From the IMG/VR virus record IMGVR_UViG_3300037875_000559, positions 1-64,000 of that record: DNA of 64,000 bases, one strand, 5' to 3'. This document shows, piece by piece, positions 1 through 9,356 of this stretch (the stretch's first letter is position 1; every line of letters begins with the position of its first letter). This stretch comes from a virus. Made by a program: the position numbers and the translations under genes. The notes below the pieces were generated by a model. It worked only from the letters and a program-made list of their open reading frames with translations, made no database searches and had not been told where the DNA came from.

Positions 1-2
1 TT

Positions 3-2438
3 GGAGCAACCGTTGAGTGTGCTGTTGAAAACGGTCGTCTTGTCTTCACTCTAACTACCGTAGCTGGTGGTGATGTTGCTTATGGATACATCGAGTTTGT
101 AGCCAACGCAGTCGCCACAAAAGACTTTGCTTCTATTGCAGGTATTGATACTGATGTTGCGGTAAGTGGTACTCAGACTAAGTGGGGTATTCTCCCTATC
201 GCTGAAGCTATTTCTACTGCATTAGACTCAGATGGTACTAATACAAAGAAAGATCGTTTAGTGCTAAGAAATAGAACTCTCATTGGAGATAACTATTTCC
301 CACCTGTTGATCTTGGTGTTGTAGTTGTCGGTGGAGACATTCTTCCTAAACTTGGTTTGTCTCTTGGTTCTGTAAAGGCAGAGAGACAAGCTGTGGTTGA
401 GTCTGCTTCTGTTTCACTCCGACCAAGTTGGGCTGGACTTCAAGTAGATACCGATGTTGCAGTTAAGTTCTATAATGGAGATGGGGATTTCCCTGCAAAC
501 AATGTTCTAAGACTTAATGTGTCAGGCGTATCTCAAGAAATAACTTTTGTGGGTTCTGCGGGTGGAACTCTTACTAGCATTAACGGTGATGTTTTCACTG
601 CTCTAAATGTCAATGGTTTAGCGAATGTGTCAGTTCTGAGAGAGGGCATCAATCTTCGTATTGTAGATACTCTTGAAACTGTAGACTCTTTCATTGAAGT
701 TCTCGATGGCAGTGCGAATGCTCTGTTTGGTCTTTCTGAGGGTGAGACCTCCACTTCTCGTTTTGTATCTGCTAGTGCAGTTTCGTCTGCTCTCAACAAC
801 AACTATGGTGATGCAACCGCAGTTGCTTGGGCGATGCTTGATGGTGTTGAAGCGGATATGTTCCGAAAACATGGTATCTCTTACACTACAAGCACCGAAT
901 CAGGTTCAGAGTTTGTCACATTCGAGTGTTTGACAGCAGGTGTTTCTTCTGTGATTGACTTTACAGGCACTGGAAATGCTGTTTCTACTGTTGGAAATGG
1001 TTTGAAGATTACTACAGCAGACGGTGCTGTCGGAGAAGCCGCTATTCAAGGCTTCTTTGTCAAATCTTCTGTCTCTAATGGTTCAGGTTCTGCCAATACA
1101 TCTACTCTTAATGATGGTGTAGGTGTAGACGGTGTGATTGGTCAGACTTATGTAGACAGTGTGACAGGTTTCACTTTCACACTTCTTCCTAGAGATGGAG
1201 ATCAACCATACCCTTCAGGTGCTAACGCAACTATGACGTTTAATGTCTCTAAGACTATGACAGCAAATGCAAATGTGCCTGCAAATGTAGTTCCCGGAGT
1301 TCAACTGTTCGTTAGTAATACTCTTGGTACTGCTGTTGGAGATACTGCGATTGTTGAGACTTTTAATAAGGGTGGTGAAGAACCTTCTGTAGGTACACTT
1401 TACTATATGAACCTTGTCCGTAAGAAATCAGTATTTGGAACAAGTGTATTTACACGTCTTTCTGATGTTGTATCTGCGTTTGGTGATGTTGGTGCAGAGA
1501 ATCCTCTTTCTTTGGGAGCTTATCTTGCATTCTTAAACGGAGCAAATGCAGTAGCTCTTCATCAAGTTCCTCTTGAAGATGGTGCGACAAGCTTAACTTC
1601 TCTACAGGTTGCAAATGCACTGGTTGATGTCGAAGGCGATATTGTCCAAAATCAGATACAAGCTAACATCATTGTTCCTCTTGTACCTGCGGATGAGATT
1701 CTTCTTTCTGAAATCTCAAAGCATTGCGATGTACAGTCTAGTCTCAGATTTAGATCAGAGCGTACTGCGATTCTAGGTATGAGTGCTGGGACTACACCTG
1801 AGCAAGCAAGCCACCTTGCTTCTGTAACAAGAAATGCAAGAGTTCGTTTGGTTTACCCTGACATTTTGAGTTTAACTTTCACGAACACTCAGGGTGTTTC
1901 TCAGAGTTTGATCGTGGATGGTCGCTATTTGGCAGTTGCAGTAGCTTGTGCTACTACTTCTTCAACTATAGACTCTGCAACTCCTTGGACTAATCGTCTT
2001 GTGGTTGGTTTTGACTCACTGTTGCGAACTCTCGATGCTGTGGATGCAAATCTAGTAGCGAACTCCGGGGTGAGTGTTTTAGTTCCGTCAGGAAATAATC
2101 TGAAGATCCGACATGGTTTGACCACTGATATTTCTTCAGTGCTGAGAAAAACTCCAACTGTAGTACAGATTGCAGATGATGTTCAGCTACGAGCAAGAAC
2201 TTTGCTAGAGAGTTATATTGGTCAGAAATACCTTTCATCTGTCTTAGGTCAGATTGAGGGTAGGGTGAATATGCTCTTTAAGGATCTTGTGAAAGAGCAG
2301 ATTATTGATTCTTACACAGGTCTTTCTGTGGTAAGAGATCCTGAAGATCCAACAGGTCTTCTTGTAGAGGTTTACTACAAGCCTGTATTCCCACTACTCT
2401 ACATCCAGTTTACGTTTAATATCCGTAGCTCGATCTGA
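3..2438 (+). CDS. Contractile tail sheath protein, very large, 5'-truncated by the window edge
   Basis: Frame is open from position 3 (GATVECAVENG...). C-terminal sheath domain includes IRHGLTT...VVQIAD...IGQKY and ends LLVEVYYKPVFPLLYIQFTFNIR; upstream beta-rich insertion domains. Confidence 0.9.
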   Translation, partial: GATVECAVENGRLVFTLTTVAGGDVAYGYIEFVANAVATKDFASIAGIDTDVAVSGTQTKWGILPIAEAISTALDSDGTNTKKDRLVLRNRTLIGDNYFPPVDLGVVVVGGDILPKLGLSLGSVKAERQAVVESASVSLRPSWAGLQVDTDVAVKFYNGDGDFPANNVLRLNVSGVSQEITFVGSAGGTLTSINGDVFTALNVNGLANVSVLREGINLRIVDTLETVDSFIEVLDGSANALFGLSEGETSTSRFVSASAVSSALNNNYGDATAVAWAMLDGVEADMFRKHGISYTTSTESGSEFVTFECLTAGVSSVIDFTGTGNAVSTVGNGLKITTADGAVGEAAIQGFFVKSSVSNGSGSANTSTLNDGVGVDGVIGQTYVDSVTGFTFTLLPRDGDQPYPSGANATMTFNVSKTMTANANVPANVVPGVQLFVSNTLGTAVGDTAIVETFNKGGEEPSVGTLYYMNLVRKKSVFGTSVFTRLSDVVSAFGDVGAENPLSLGAYLAFLNGANAVALHQVPLEDGATSLTSLQVANALVDVEGDIVQNQIQANIIVPLVPADEILLSEISKHCDVQSSLRFRSERTAILGMSAGTTPEQASHLASVTRNARVRLVYPDILSLTFTNTQGVSQSLIVDGRYLAVAVACATTSSTIDSATPWTNRLVVGFDSLLRTLDAVDANLVANSGVSVLVPSGNNLKIRHGLTTDISSVLRKTPTVVQIADDVQLRARTLLESYIGQKYLSSVLGQIEGRVNMLFKDLVKEQIIDSYTGLSVVRDPEDPTGLLVEVYYKPVFPLLYIQFTFNIRSSI

Positions 2439-3002
2439 TTATTTCAGAGTAAACTCGGATCGGGTTGTAGGGGAGTAATGGAAGCCTACCTCAATGGAGT
2501 CCCCACCTTGGACTTCATTGCCTTGCTCATCTCTCTTTTGATTGAAGATAGCCTTCTTACCACTATTTCCAAAAGTAGATATTTCTTCTATTTCGTCAGC
2601 CCAAGCGAAAAGGTACTTACTACCCTCAAATGGTTCTCCTTTAAAGTCGGTACGAAGACCATAAGCGTATACAGGTATTTCTAGTTGAGAGACGATGTTT
2701 GAAAGTTGAAGTACTTGATTTCTGGTTAAGAATTGTGCCTCGTCTACAAATAAGATGAGGTCTTTCTTTCCCTCTACTAGTTTTTGGATTGTTTTCTCTA
2801 AGAGGTTGTCCTCTTTTGATATAGACACCGCTTTCTTTGTAAATCCTATTCTTGAAGACACTTGGTTTTGCCCATCCCTGTCCGAAGCTATTTCAGGGAC
2901 ATAAATAGTATGAGCGATGTGTTGTTCTGTGCAAGTGTATGATCTCATTAGTAAGTTTGCAGTTTTTCCTGCATTTACTGTTGAGTAAATGAAAGTTAGC
3001 AT
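2439..3002 (-). CDS. tdk: Thymidine kinase (TK1/Tdk type)
   Basis: YSTVNAGKT P-loop, SSRIG, FVDEAQFL, YGLRTDFKGEPFEGS motifs. Confidence 0.95.
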   Translation of the reverse strand: MLTFIYSTVNAGKTANLLMRSYTCTEQHIAHTIYVPEIASDRDGQNQVSSRIGFTKKAVSISKEDNLLEKTIQKLVEGKKDLILFVDEAQFLTRNQVLQLSNIVSQLEIPVYAYGLRTDFKGEPFEGSKYLFAWADEIEEISTFGNSGKKAIFNQKRDEQGNEVQGGDSIEVGFHYSPTTRSEFTLK

Positions 3003-3655
3003 GGTGCGACTCCAAGGGGGATTAAGATTCTTTTAATCTTTTCAATGTGTAGCTTTATTTTACGACTATCTAACCCACGACAACGAGATATGTGGGAGAC
3101 ATTATGTCCAAGCAATAAATCATTAAAAATATCCAGCAGATTTCCTGTGAGATGCTTTCTTATATCGTCTATGAGTATTTTTGTATCATAGTCTTCAGAT
3201 TTACAACTATGTGCAATCGCATAGTCTGTGTTTTCTATCGTGTCTTCCACACCTACAACTTCTTTTTCGGATCTCCTTCTTTTTTTGTTTATGTAGTTTG
3301 CAGTCACACATCTGCTGACCATGACAACATAAGTTGAAAAAGCTGATTTTTTAGCATCGAAAGGGCAAGTGCCTCTATTTCTTATTAGGATACCCTTATA
3401 TACTTCCATTAAGACTTCTTCTGCATCGCAATGTGTGTCTAAACACATCTTTCCACAATACTTATAGAACAGTTTTTTCACCTCTATATGTTTCTCACTG
3501 AGATCTATCCCCAATTCCACACCCTCTTCTCTGATAGATGACCGTTGTTTGAGTTTTGTAGGTATTTTTAAAGAAAGCGTTTGAAGAGGTATGATCCCTT
3601 CTTGCCAAGGTTTTCTTTTTATTTTCTGTTTTATACGATATATCTTCTCTGTCAC
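2996..3655 (-). CDS. Sigma-70/ECF-like RNA polymerase sigma factor
   Basis: Region 2-like DAEEVLMEVY...FDAKKSAFSTYVVMVSR and region 4-like HTH (LLLGHNVSHISRCRGLD). Start reassigned to GTG 3655, which has AAGGAG 9 nt upstream. Confidence 0.75.
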   Translation of the reverse strand: MTEKIYRIKQKIKRKPWQEGIIPLQTLSLKIPTKLKQRSSIREEGVELGIDLSEKHIEVKKLFYKYCGKMCLDTHCDAEEVLMEVYKGILIRNRGTCPFDAKKSAFSTYVVMVSRCVTANYINKKRRRSEKEVVGVEDTIENTDYAIAHSCKSEDYDTKILIDDIRKHLTGNLLDIFNDLLLGHNVSHISRCRGLDSRKIKLHIEKIKRILIPLGVAPC

Positions 3656-4705
3656 TTTAATGCTCTCCTTTGTAGTGGGCGTTCCGATAAAAAAAGGGTT
3701 TTTCTTTTGGAAGATGTAAAAACAATTATCTTGAGGCTCAAAGATCTCGAAAAAAGTTCTTCTGGCAATTTTCAAGATGTTATATCTAAGAATGGTATAA
3801 GTAAAGTCAAGAATACTTTAGAGTTGTATGACTCAGGTCTGAAATATGGCTTCTCTGAGAAGGAGTTGTCGAGCATTTTGTCCTCTTTGGTCTCTTTAAA
3901 AGAGGAGGAGGATGTAACACAAGAAGCCGTCTTACCCCCTGTTGAAGCAATGTCAGAGAACGATATTTTGGATTTTTCAAAATGTGTTTTAGATTGGCTT
4001 GGAGAGGATGAGCTATTTCTCTCCCCTTTTGAAGTGTGTCAATTTTATAATCGCACACCCAACACCACTTTGAGAACACGCCTTTGCAAGTACTTCAACT
4101 CAAAAGCCCTGTCCTCTGTTAGAGTAAAAAACAGTAATAAATACACTAAGACCTATCAAACACGCTATAGGATTCCTTTAGAAGAAGAGATTTTCTCAGA
4201 TATAGAAGAAATACTCAGTGCTGTTGAAGAGGATGTCTACTCTCCCTCTTTTTTCAGTGCGTATGATTTCTTAGATGGCACAGAGTGCGAATCTTATCTT
4301 ATAGATCAAGAGGGTGTGCGTTTAAATATTGTTTTAAATTTAAGTTTGGTTTCAGCTTTTGAAAACTTCAACACAAAGATGGATTACTATGTAAAAAAAG
4401 AAGATTTGTATAAAGGTAGTCCTCGGAATCTTTTTCTTTTAAATAGATCCTTGGAGGGAGTGTTCCACACCACAAGTATTTCTAGTCTTTGCAAAGAACT
4501 TATAGCTCCATTGGAAATGAGTCCTTCTGTGGTGAAGGAGATCTCTGATGCGGTTCGTCAAGATATCAAGAACATTAAAGTTAAGACTATGTGGGAGAGT
4601 CAAAAAGAAACTTCCTTAAGTTTTAAAGCTCAAGGCAGAGTTTATTTGCTTGCATATATGCTCATCATGTATAGAGCAGGTGATTTAAAAGATTTAGAAC
4701 TGTAG
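3581..4705 (+). CDS. Hypothetical protein (true start probably downstream of 3655)
   Basis: Long ORF that abuts the next gene; its 5' end overlaps the divergent sigma gene. Confidence 0.6.
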   Translation: MKRYDPFLPRFSFYFLFYTIYLLCHFNALLCSGRSDKKRVFLLEDVKTIILRLKDLEKSSSGNFQDVISKNGISKVKNTLELYDSGLKYGFSEKELSSILSSLVSLKEEEDVTQEAVLPPVEAMSENDILDFSKCVLDWLGEDELFLSPFEVCQFYNRTPNTTLRTRLCKYFNSKALSSVRVKNSNKYTKTYQTRYRIPLEEEIFSDIEEILSAVEEDVYSPSFFSAYDFLDGTECESYLIDQEGVRLNIVLNLSLVSAFENFNTKMDYYVKKEDLYKGSPRNLFLLNRSLEGVFHTTSISSLCKELIAPLEMSPSVVKEISDAVRQDIKNIKVKTMWESQKETSLSFKAQGRVYLLAYMLIMYRAGDLKDLEL

Positions 4706-4707
4706 AG

Positions 4708-5460
4708 GTGTTTCCCATGTTAAATCTATTACTTGCAACTTCCATGATTTTTCAATGCTTTGTGGAGGTTGTACATGAGTCTTCAAAGTACCATATTACT
4801 AGACCCTTCAAATTTCATAAAAATAAAAGAGGGGCTAAGAAAAAACGGATAGAGAAACTAGTTAGAGAGGTATGGGAAGAGGGTGGTGCAGATGTTCGAT
4901 TTCTTGCTATTTCTTGGGTGGAGTCTCGATTGCGACTGAAAATAAGAAGAGGTGATAAAGGTAAGGCTTGCGGTACGTTTCAAATCCACGCCCGACATTC
5001 GTACCCCCTTTTTCGTAGAAAAAAAGGGTATGTAGATTGGGATGAGAGTGAAAATAAACCTCAGATAGAAAGAGAGTGCCAAAAGTTAGAGAACATAAGC
5101 TATTCTATAGACACTCAGAGTAGGCTTCTATCTATGATGGATAAAAGAGGGCTTCACACCTGCCACCACAACAGTGGGTTTTATGGGAAGTGCAGTACTT
5201 TTTATAGGCAGAGGATTGACTTTTGGGTTTCTTATTATTCTATTGCTCAATACTTATGTAATGAAAGGTCTTTGATTATGGCTATGTTGAAAATAGGTGC
5301 ACCAGCTCTTGCTACACCTTTAGAGAAGATACAAGGATACCTTGACTCTATAAAGAACAAAGAAGCACAGAGTGACTCTGAACTATATATGGAAGGGTAT
5401 AATCTAGCCTCCAAAGTGAAGCTTGGAGAGGAGTCTGCTCCTGTCTGGGCTCCTACATGA
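4708..5460 (+). CDS. Lytic transglycosylase (SLT/lysozyme-like), candidate endolysin with hydrophobic N-terminus
   Basis: LAISWVESR (catalytic Glu-Ser) followed by ACGTFQI and HHNSG, the SLT motif order. Confidence 0.7.
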   Translation: MFPMLNLLLATSMIFQCFVEVVHESSKYHITRPFKFHKNKRGAKKKRIEKLVREVWEEGGADVRFLAISWVESRLRLKIRRGDKGKACGTFQIHARHSYPLFRRKKGYVDWDESENKPQIERECQKLENISYSIDTQSRLLSMMDKRGLHTCHHNSGFYGKCSTFYRQRIDFWVSYYSIAQYLCNERSLIMAMLKIGAPALATPLEKIQGYLDSIKNKEAQSDSELYMEGYNLASKVKLGEESAPVWAPT

Positions 5461-6137
5461 GGATAGAGGATTATTTAAGGCAAGGGTTTTGTCAAACTTC
5501 TCTTCAGTATAAACAATATCTCAGTAAGAGATTAGTTTCAGACAGTACAAGCCTAGATTTCTTCTGCTGGCAACCCCCAGCAGAGGTCGCCCCTTGCTCT
5601 AGGTTTACTTCTTCTTTTGGTGCTAGAGGAGAGAAGTTACGAGACTTCCTTATCACCCCAATTTATTCTTATGGTGGAGGCATTTTAGCCTTTGAAGCTC
5701 GTAAGATATTAAAAGAGGATTCTAAGTATGTTCTTAAATACCAAACGGATCGTGCTTCTTGGAATCCTTATCTTTTGGGGGTCAAGAAAGTGACAGATAC
5801 TTTATGGGAGGGTACTGGAGATGTTTGGCTTGTAGAGGGTGTTTTTGATTACACCGCTTTGGAAGTAGCAGTGCCTAAAAGTGATGCTGTCATGTGTACT
5901 CTGAGAGCCGGTATGACCAACCTTACTTTCAATCATATTTTAAGGTTTTACACACCTTCTACTACTCTCAATATTGTGTATGATAATGATGAGGCCGGGA
6001 GAAATAAGTCAAAAATGATACATCGAAAGTTCAACCAAAATGGAGTTCGCTCTGTGGTTTGGAAATATCGAGGTAAAGATCCTAACGAAGTCTTAACCAA
6101 AGGAGGCTTGAAAACTATGCGAAGGATGTTTACTTAA
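5457..6137 (+). CDS. DnaG-type primase catalytic/TOPRIM subunit lacking a Zn-binding domain
   Basis: VWLVEGVFD, VYDNDEAG and GKDPNE motifs. Confidence 0.85.
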   Translation: MRIEDYLRQGFCQTSLQYKQYLSKRLVSDSTSLDFFCWQPPAEVAPCSRFTSSFGARGEKLRDFLITPIYSYGGGILAFEARKILKEDSKYVLKYQTDRASWNPYLLGVKKVTDTLWEGTGDVWLVEGVFDYTALEVAVPKSDAVMCTLRAGMTNLTFNHILRFYTPSTTLNIVYDNDEAGRNKSKMIHRKFNQNGVRSVVWKYRGKDPNEVLTKGGLKTMRRMFT

Positions 6138-6605
6138 CTATTTCTTCATTCTTTCGATAGCTTCTCCGAGAATATTTTTAATCTCAGAATCTTTGAAGAT
6201 CGGCACATTTGGAAGTGGGGTAGATTTAGAGGCTACGTCTACAGTTTCTCTATCTGAGTGGGGTATTCTTTGCCTGTAGAAATCTTCTCCCATAGTGATG
6301 AGAGCATAGTTAGTTTTATCTAGTTGTCTTTCTATCTCTGACAATATCTGAGGGAGCGATAAAAAGTTGTCTCCACACAGACGGTAGATTTCCTCTCTGA
6401 CGGGAGAAGATTTGATCGCTTTTTCCATTTGGTTGATAGCTACTCTTAGTTTATATGTCTCTACTCTAGCGTCTGATACTCCACCTGCTAGGAGAGACCA
6501 AGATGCTTGGCTAGAAGCTACCTTCTCCACACTACCTAACTCAGGTTGGGTGTTTGTAGGAGAGTCCTCAGTGGTATTACTAGAAGTTTTTGCCATATTT
6601 CTCAT
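6138..6605 (-). CDS. Hypothetical helical protein
   Basis: ORF fills the gap between genes; contains KVASSQAS. Confidence 0.6.
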   Translation of the reverse strand: MRNMAKTSSNTTEDSPTNTQPELGSVEKVASSQASWSLLAGGVSDARVETYKLRVAINQMEKAIKSSPVREEIYRLCGDNFLSLPQILSEIERQLDKTNYALITMGEDFYRQRIPHSDRETVDVASKSTPLPNVPIFKDSEIKNILGEAIERMKK

Positions 6606-6688
6606 AAGATCTACTCTTTTTATATTGGTTATGTCGTATTGTCAGTAGGTGGAGTGGATAAAAAAACAACAAATGTGTGTTGGGTTGT

Positions 6689-6700
6689 TAGTTTATTTAT
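6689..6700 (+). promoter_or_regulatory. Recurrent upstream motif TAGTNNNTTTAT (putative late promoter)
   Basis: TAGTTTATTTAT, 53 nt before ATG 6742. Confidence 0.65.
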
Positions 6701-6741
6701 TGTGTTCTGTTTATTAATTGAAAACATAGAAAGGTTTCGTC

Positions 6742-7347
6742 ATGTATGAAAGATTAACCTCAGAAGAAAAAAGACTCGTAAGGATTGCTAAAGAGCGTCC
6801 CGACTTGAGAGATAAAATCGCCAAGTACATAAAGAAATCTTCTTCTGAGACGGTTGTACTTTTTCTCGAAGCTGTTTTAGGCGATTCAGAGAAACAAAAA
6901 CTACTTTCTTGGTTGGGTCGGCAAGAAAGTACACCAAGTAATTGGGCGGGGTGGGAAATAATCGCACATCATATGAAAGTGGAGTTCTTTGGAAATAAAG
7001 GTAGACCAAAGAATATACCAAAAGAGTATGTCAACAAAATTGGAGAGACTGTGGGCTTAGAAGTTGTTGGCATTGCAATGGATGAAAAAGCGATTGCTGT
7101 TCTTATTAAACCCCCCTCTTCTCTGGCAAAGTTAGTAAAGAACGAATTTCCTCACATCACCATCGCAGTGGATGGTGTTAAACCACCCTACAGCAACAAG
7201 CTAATAAAAAAATCTATAGAGCGTAAGACTCTTATTACCAAAGACGAGAACGGTAGGAATATTTCTTTTAATATAACTGCAAAAGTAGGGTACTTTGAGG
7301 GACGCACAAAGGCAGATCTCTTTGAGCTACCTTCAGAACTTTTCTGA
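6742..7347 (+). CDS. 2H phosphoesterase-like protein (tRNA-ligase CPDase-like) with basic N-terminal leader
   Basis: Two His motifs, AHHMKV (degenerate HxT) and PHITIAV...PPYSNKL; leader ends KIAKYIKKSS. Confidence 0.7.
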   Translation: MYERLTSEEKRLVRIAKERPDLRDKIAKYIKKSSSETVVLFLEAVLGDSEKQKLLSWLGRQESTPSNWAGWEIIAHHMKVEFFGNKGRPKNIPKEYVNKIGETVGLEVVGIAMDEKAIAVLIKPPSSLAKLVKNEFPHITIAVDGVKPPYSNKLIKKSIERKTLITKDENGRNISFNITAKVGYFEGRTKADLFELPSELF

Positions 7348-7590
7348 GATCCATGCTTTTAGTTGCTCGTCTGTCATTTCAAGTCCGTCTAGTTTGTAGA
7401 TTCCTTCCGATTTTTCTATTTTCACACCTTTTTCGATCAACTGCGAAATGAAGAAATAGTAAGTGATGGGGTCTTCCAAGTCTGGTACGCAAGAAGAATA
7501 ATTTCCATTTTTATGTGTCCTTATTTTCTGAGTTCTCTTAAAATGTGGGTATACTAGTATGCCCTCTACGTTTTTCCATGAAAATCTCAT
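7333..7590 (-). CDS. Hypothetical protein
   Basis: ORF between neighbouring genes. Confidence 0.55.
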   Translation of the reverse strand: MRFSWKNVEGILVYPHFKRTQKIRTHKNGNYSSCVPDLEDPITYYFFISQLIEKGVKIEKSEGIYKLDGLEMTDEQLKAWISEKF

Positions 7591-7605
7591 AGGAGTACCC
7601 TTATC

Positions 7606-7878
7606 ATGTCAAATCAAAAAAGAGAATCGAGACAACTGAAAGTGAGACTCTCCAACAGTTCAGATTCTCTGAGATCTGTAAAATCGTATCTCGTTAGGAA
7701 CAATGTAAACTGGCTCCCAAGCGACTTTCTCCCTCGGATAAATGCTACCTTAAAAAATATAACTTCTTGCATGGAGACACTTGGTGAAATAGAGAAACAT
7801 TCTAAGAACCAAGAAATAGAAATAAAACAAGAAGACAAGAAGACAAGAAGACAAGAAGACAAAAAAAAGGATCGCTGA
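7606..7878 (+). CDS. Hypothetical protein with a 3' octamer repeat
   Basis: SD AGGAG upstream; stop overlaps the next ATG (TGATG). Confidence 0.6.
   Translation: MSNQKRESRQLKVRLSNSSDSLRSVKSYLVRNNVNWLPSDFLPRINATLKNITSCMETLGEIEKHSKNQEIEIKQEDKKTRRQEDKKKDR
7828..7862 (+). repeat. Tandem 8-bp repeat (CAAGAAGA)x4, running into an A8 tract
   Basis: Read directly from the sequence. Confidence 0.9.
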
Positions 7879-8057
7879 TGCCACTTTACCATTATCGCTG
7901 TAAAAAAGAAGAGTGTAAGCAAGAGTTTGAAAAACAACTCAAAATGTCAGACCCGAACCCCCCATGCCCTAAGTGTGAAGGCGAAGTTGATAAACTAATA
8001 CTACCGTCTACTTTCATTCTTAAAGGAAAAGGTTGGTTTAACAGTGGTGGTTATTAA
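7878..8057 (+). CDS. FmdB-family zinc-ribbon protein (59 aa, absent from the ORF track)
   Basis: Manual translation: MPLYHYRCKKEECKQEFEKQLKMSDPNPPCPKCEGEVDKLILPSTFILKGKGWFNSGGY. Confidence 0.85.
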   Translation: MPLYHYRCKKEECKQEFEKQLKMSDPNPPCPKCEGEVDKLILPSTFILKGKGWFNSGGY

Positions 8058-8385
8058 CTTCCCTACTCAATATGTTCTTCCTGTTTCCATGATCTTTGTT
8101 GCCAACTGCGTTTTTTGGTTTAAGGGAAACTCAAAAGAGCTTTTTGACATAGATTGGTCGCCTTTTAGATGGTGGCTTTCAACGAGCTTGTTTACAAATT
8201 ATTTAACTTTGATCGCTTGGTGGAAACTCATTGAAATAGGAGATGTGTGGAAAGCAGGTGTAACTTGGGGTTTTTGCTCTTTAACCGTAGATCTTATTCT
8301 TAATTGCTATTTCTTTGGTTTTAATATGAAAGGTGTAATAGCTTTAGGTTTATGTGCTATTGCAGGAGTTGTTTCCCACATGTAG
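8044..8385 (+). CDS. Small multi-pass membrane protein
   Basis: About four hydrophobic segments; start uncertain. Confidence 0.6.
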   Translation: MVVINFPTQYVLPVSMIFVANCVFWFKGNSKELFDIDWSPFRWWLSTSLFTNYLTLIAWWKLIEIGDVWKAGVTWGFCSLTVDLILNCYFFGFNMKGVIALGLCAIAGVVSHM

Positions 8386-8540
8386 TTGCATTTTTTATTT
8401 ATTTATATTAGTCAAAGTCCTCATATTTCAAAGTTTTATATAGTGGGTTTCTAATGTTGTATTTATGCGTGTTTGGTCTCTTTTACACTTACTCAAGTAT
8501 TTTTGTGGTTGCGTATCGTTCTTATCTCGATTCAGAGTAA

Positions 8541-8552
8541 TAGTCTTTTTAT
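8541..8552 (+). promoter_or_regulatory. TAGTNNNTTTAT motif
   Basis: TAGTCTTTTTAT, 47 nt before ATG 8588. Confidence 0.65.
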
Positions 8553-8587
8553 CTTCTTTGTGGTTTTAGATATTGGAGTTTATAAAC

Positions 8588-8953
8588 ATGAAGAAACTTT
8601 CTGCGACTAAAAAAGAAATCTTAGTGGGTCTGAGTCAAGAAATACTTAATAGGGCAGCTAGTCTTACTGTGATCGCAAACTTTGAGCGTAAAATCATGGC
8701 TCGTCCTTTAGAGTTTTTTGTGGATGGGCATACTGTCTTAGTGAAGACACAAGGTTCTATAGTACAGCCTGACTATCTCATAACTTGTGACTGCAAGTTC
8801 TTTCGATATTCAGGGCCTGAATACTATGCTTACACAAATGGACACCTTTTAGGAAATCCGAGGGGCTCTGTTTCTTCTCCTAAAAAACGAGATCCAGATG
8901 GTATAAACAGAGTGTGTAAGCATATCGCTGCTGTTATGCGTGACTATTTCTAG
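8588..8953 (+). CDS. SWIM zinc-finger protein
   Basis: ITCDCKFFRY...VCKHIAAV (CxC...CxH); SD GGAG. Confidence 0.8.
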   Translation: MKKLSATKKEILVGLSQEILNRAASLTVIANFERKIMARPLEFFVDGHTVLVKTQGSIVQPDYLITCDCKFFRYSGPEYYAYTNGHLLGNPRGSVSSPKKRDPDGINRVCKHIAAVMRDYF

Positions 8954-8966
8954 GAAAGTAAAAACC

Positions 8967-9356
8967 ATGCCCTCGTATACATATCTTTGCAAGCCACCTT
9001 GTCAAAATGAATATGAAATTAACAATGTGCCGATGAAGGACTATAAGAAGGAAAAACCTTGTCCAAAATGTGGTACGATGAACATTAAGATTTTCCAACC
9101 AACAAAAAACTTTATTCTCAAAGGAGATGGTTGGGCTGGAAAAAACCATAGGATAAGTCAACAGATGCGAGCTAAAAATAAGAAACTAGATGCTCGTACT
9201 GCTGAGATGAAGCGTGATGCTCCAAATGTGACTCTCGCTCCTAATGTTGATGGAGAGCGAGTCGGTAGTTGGTCTGAAGCTCAAAAGCTGGCAAAATCCA
9301 AAGGGAAAGAAACAAGTTCTTACGAGCCTTTAATAGCGAAAGAGAGTAAAAAATGA
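8967..9356 (+). CDS. FmdB-family zinc-ribbon protein with C-terminal extension
   Basis: MPSYTYLCKPPC...CPKCG...FILKGDGW; paralogue of 7878-8057. Confidence 0.8.
   Translation: MPSYTYLCKPPCQNEYEINNVPMKDYKKEKPCPKCGTMNIKIFQPTKNFILKGDGWAGKNHRISQQMRAKNKKLDARTAEMKRDAPNVTLAPNVDGERVGSWSEAQKLAKSKGKETSSYEPLIAKESKK

Noticed and set aside
8454-8540. 28-aa hydrophobic ORF MLYLCVFGLF...
   Set aside because: Weak SD and plausible by chance in T-rich intergenic DNA.
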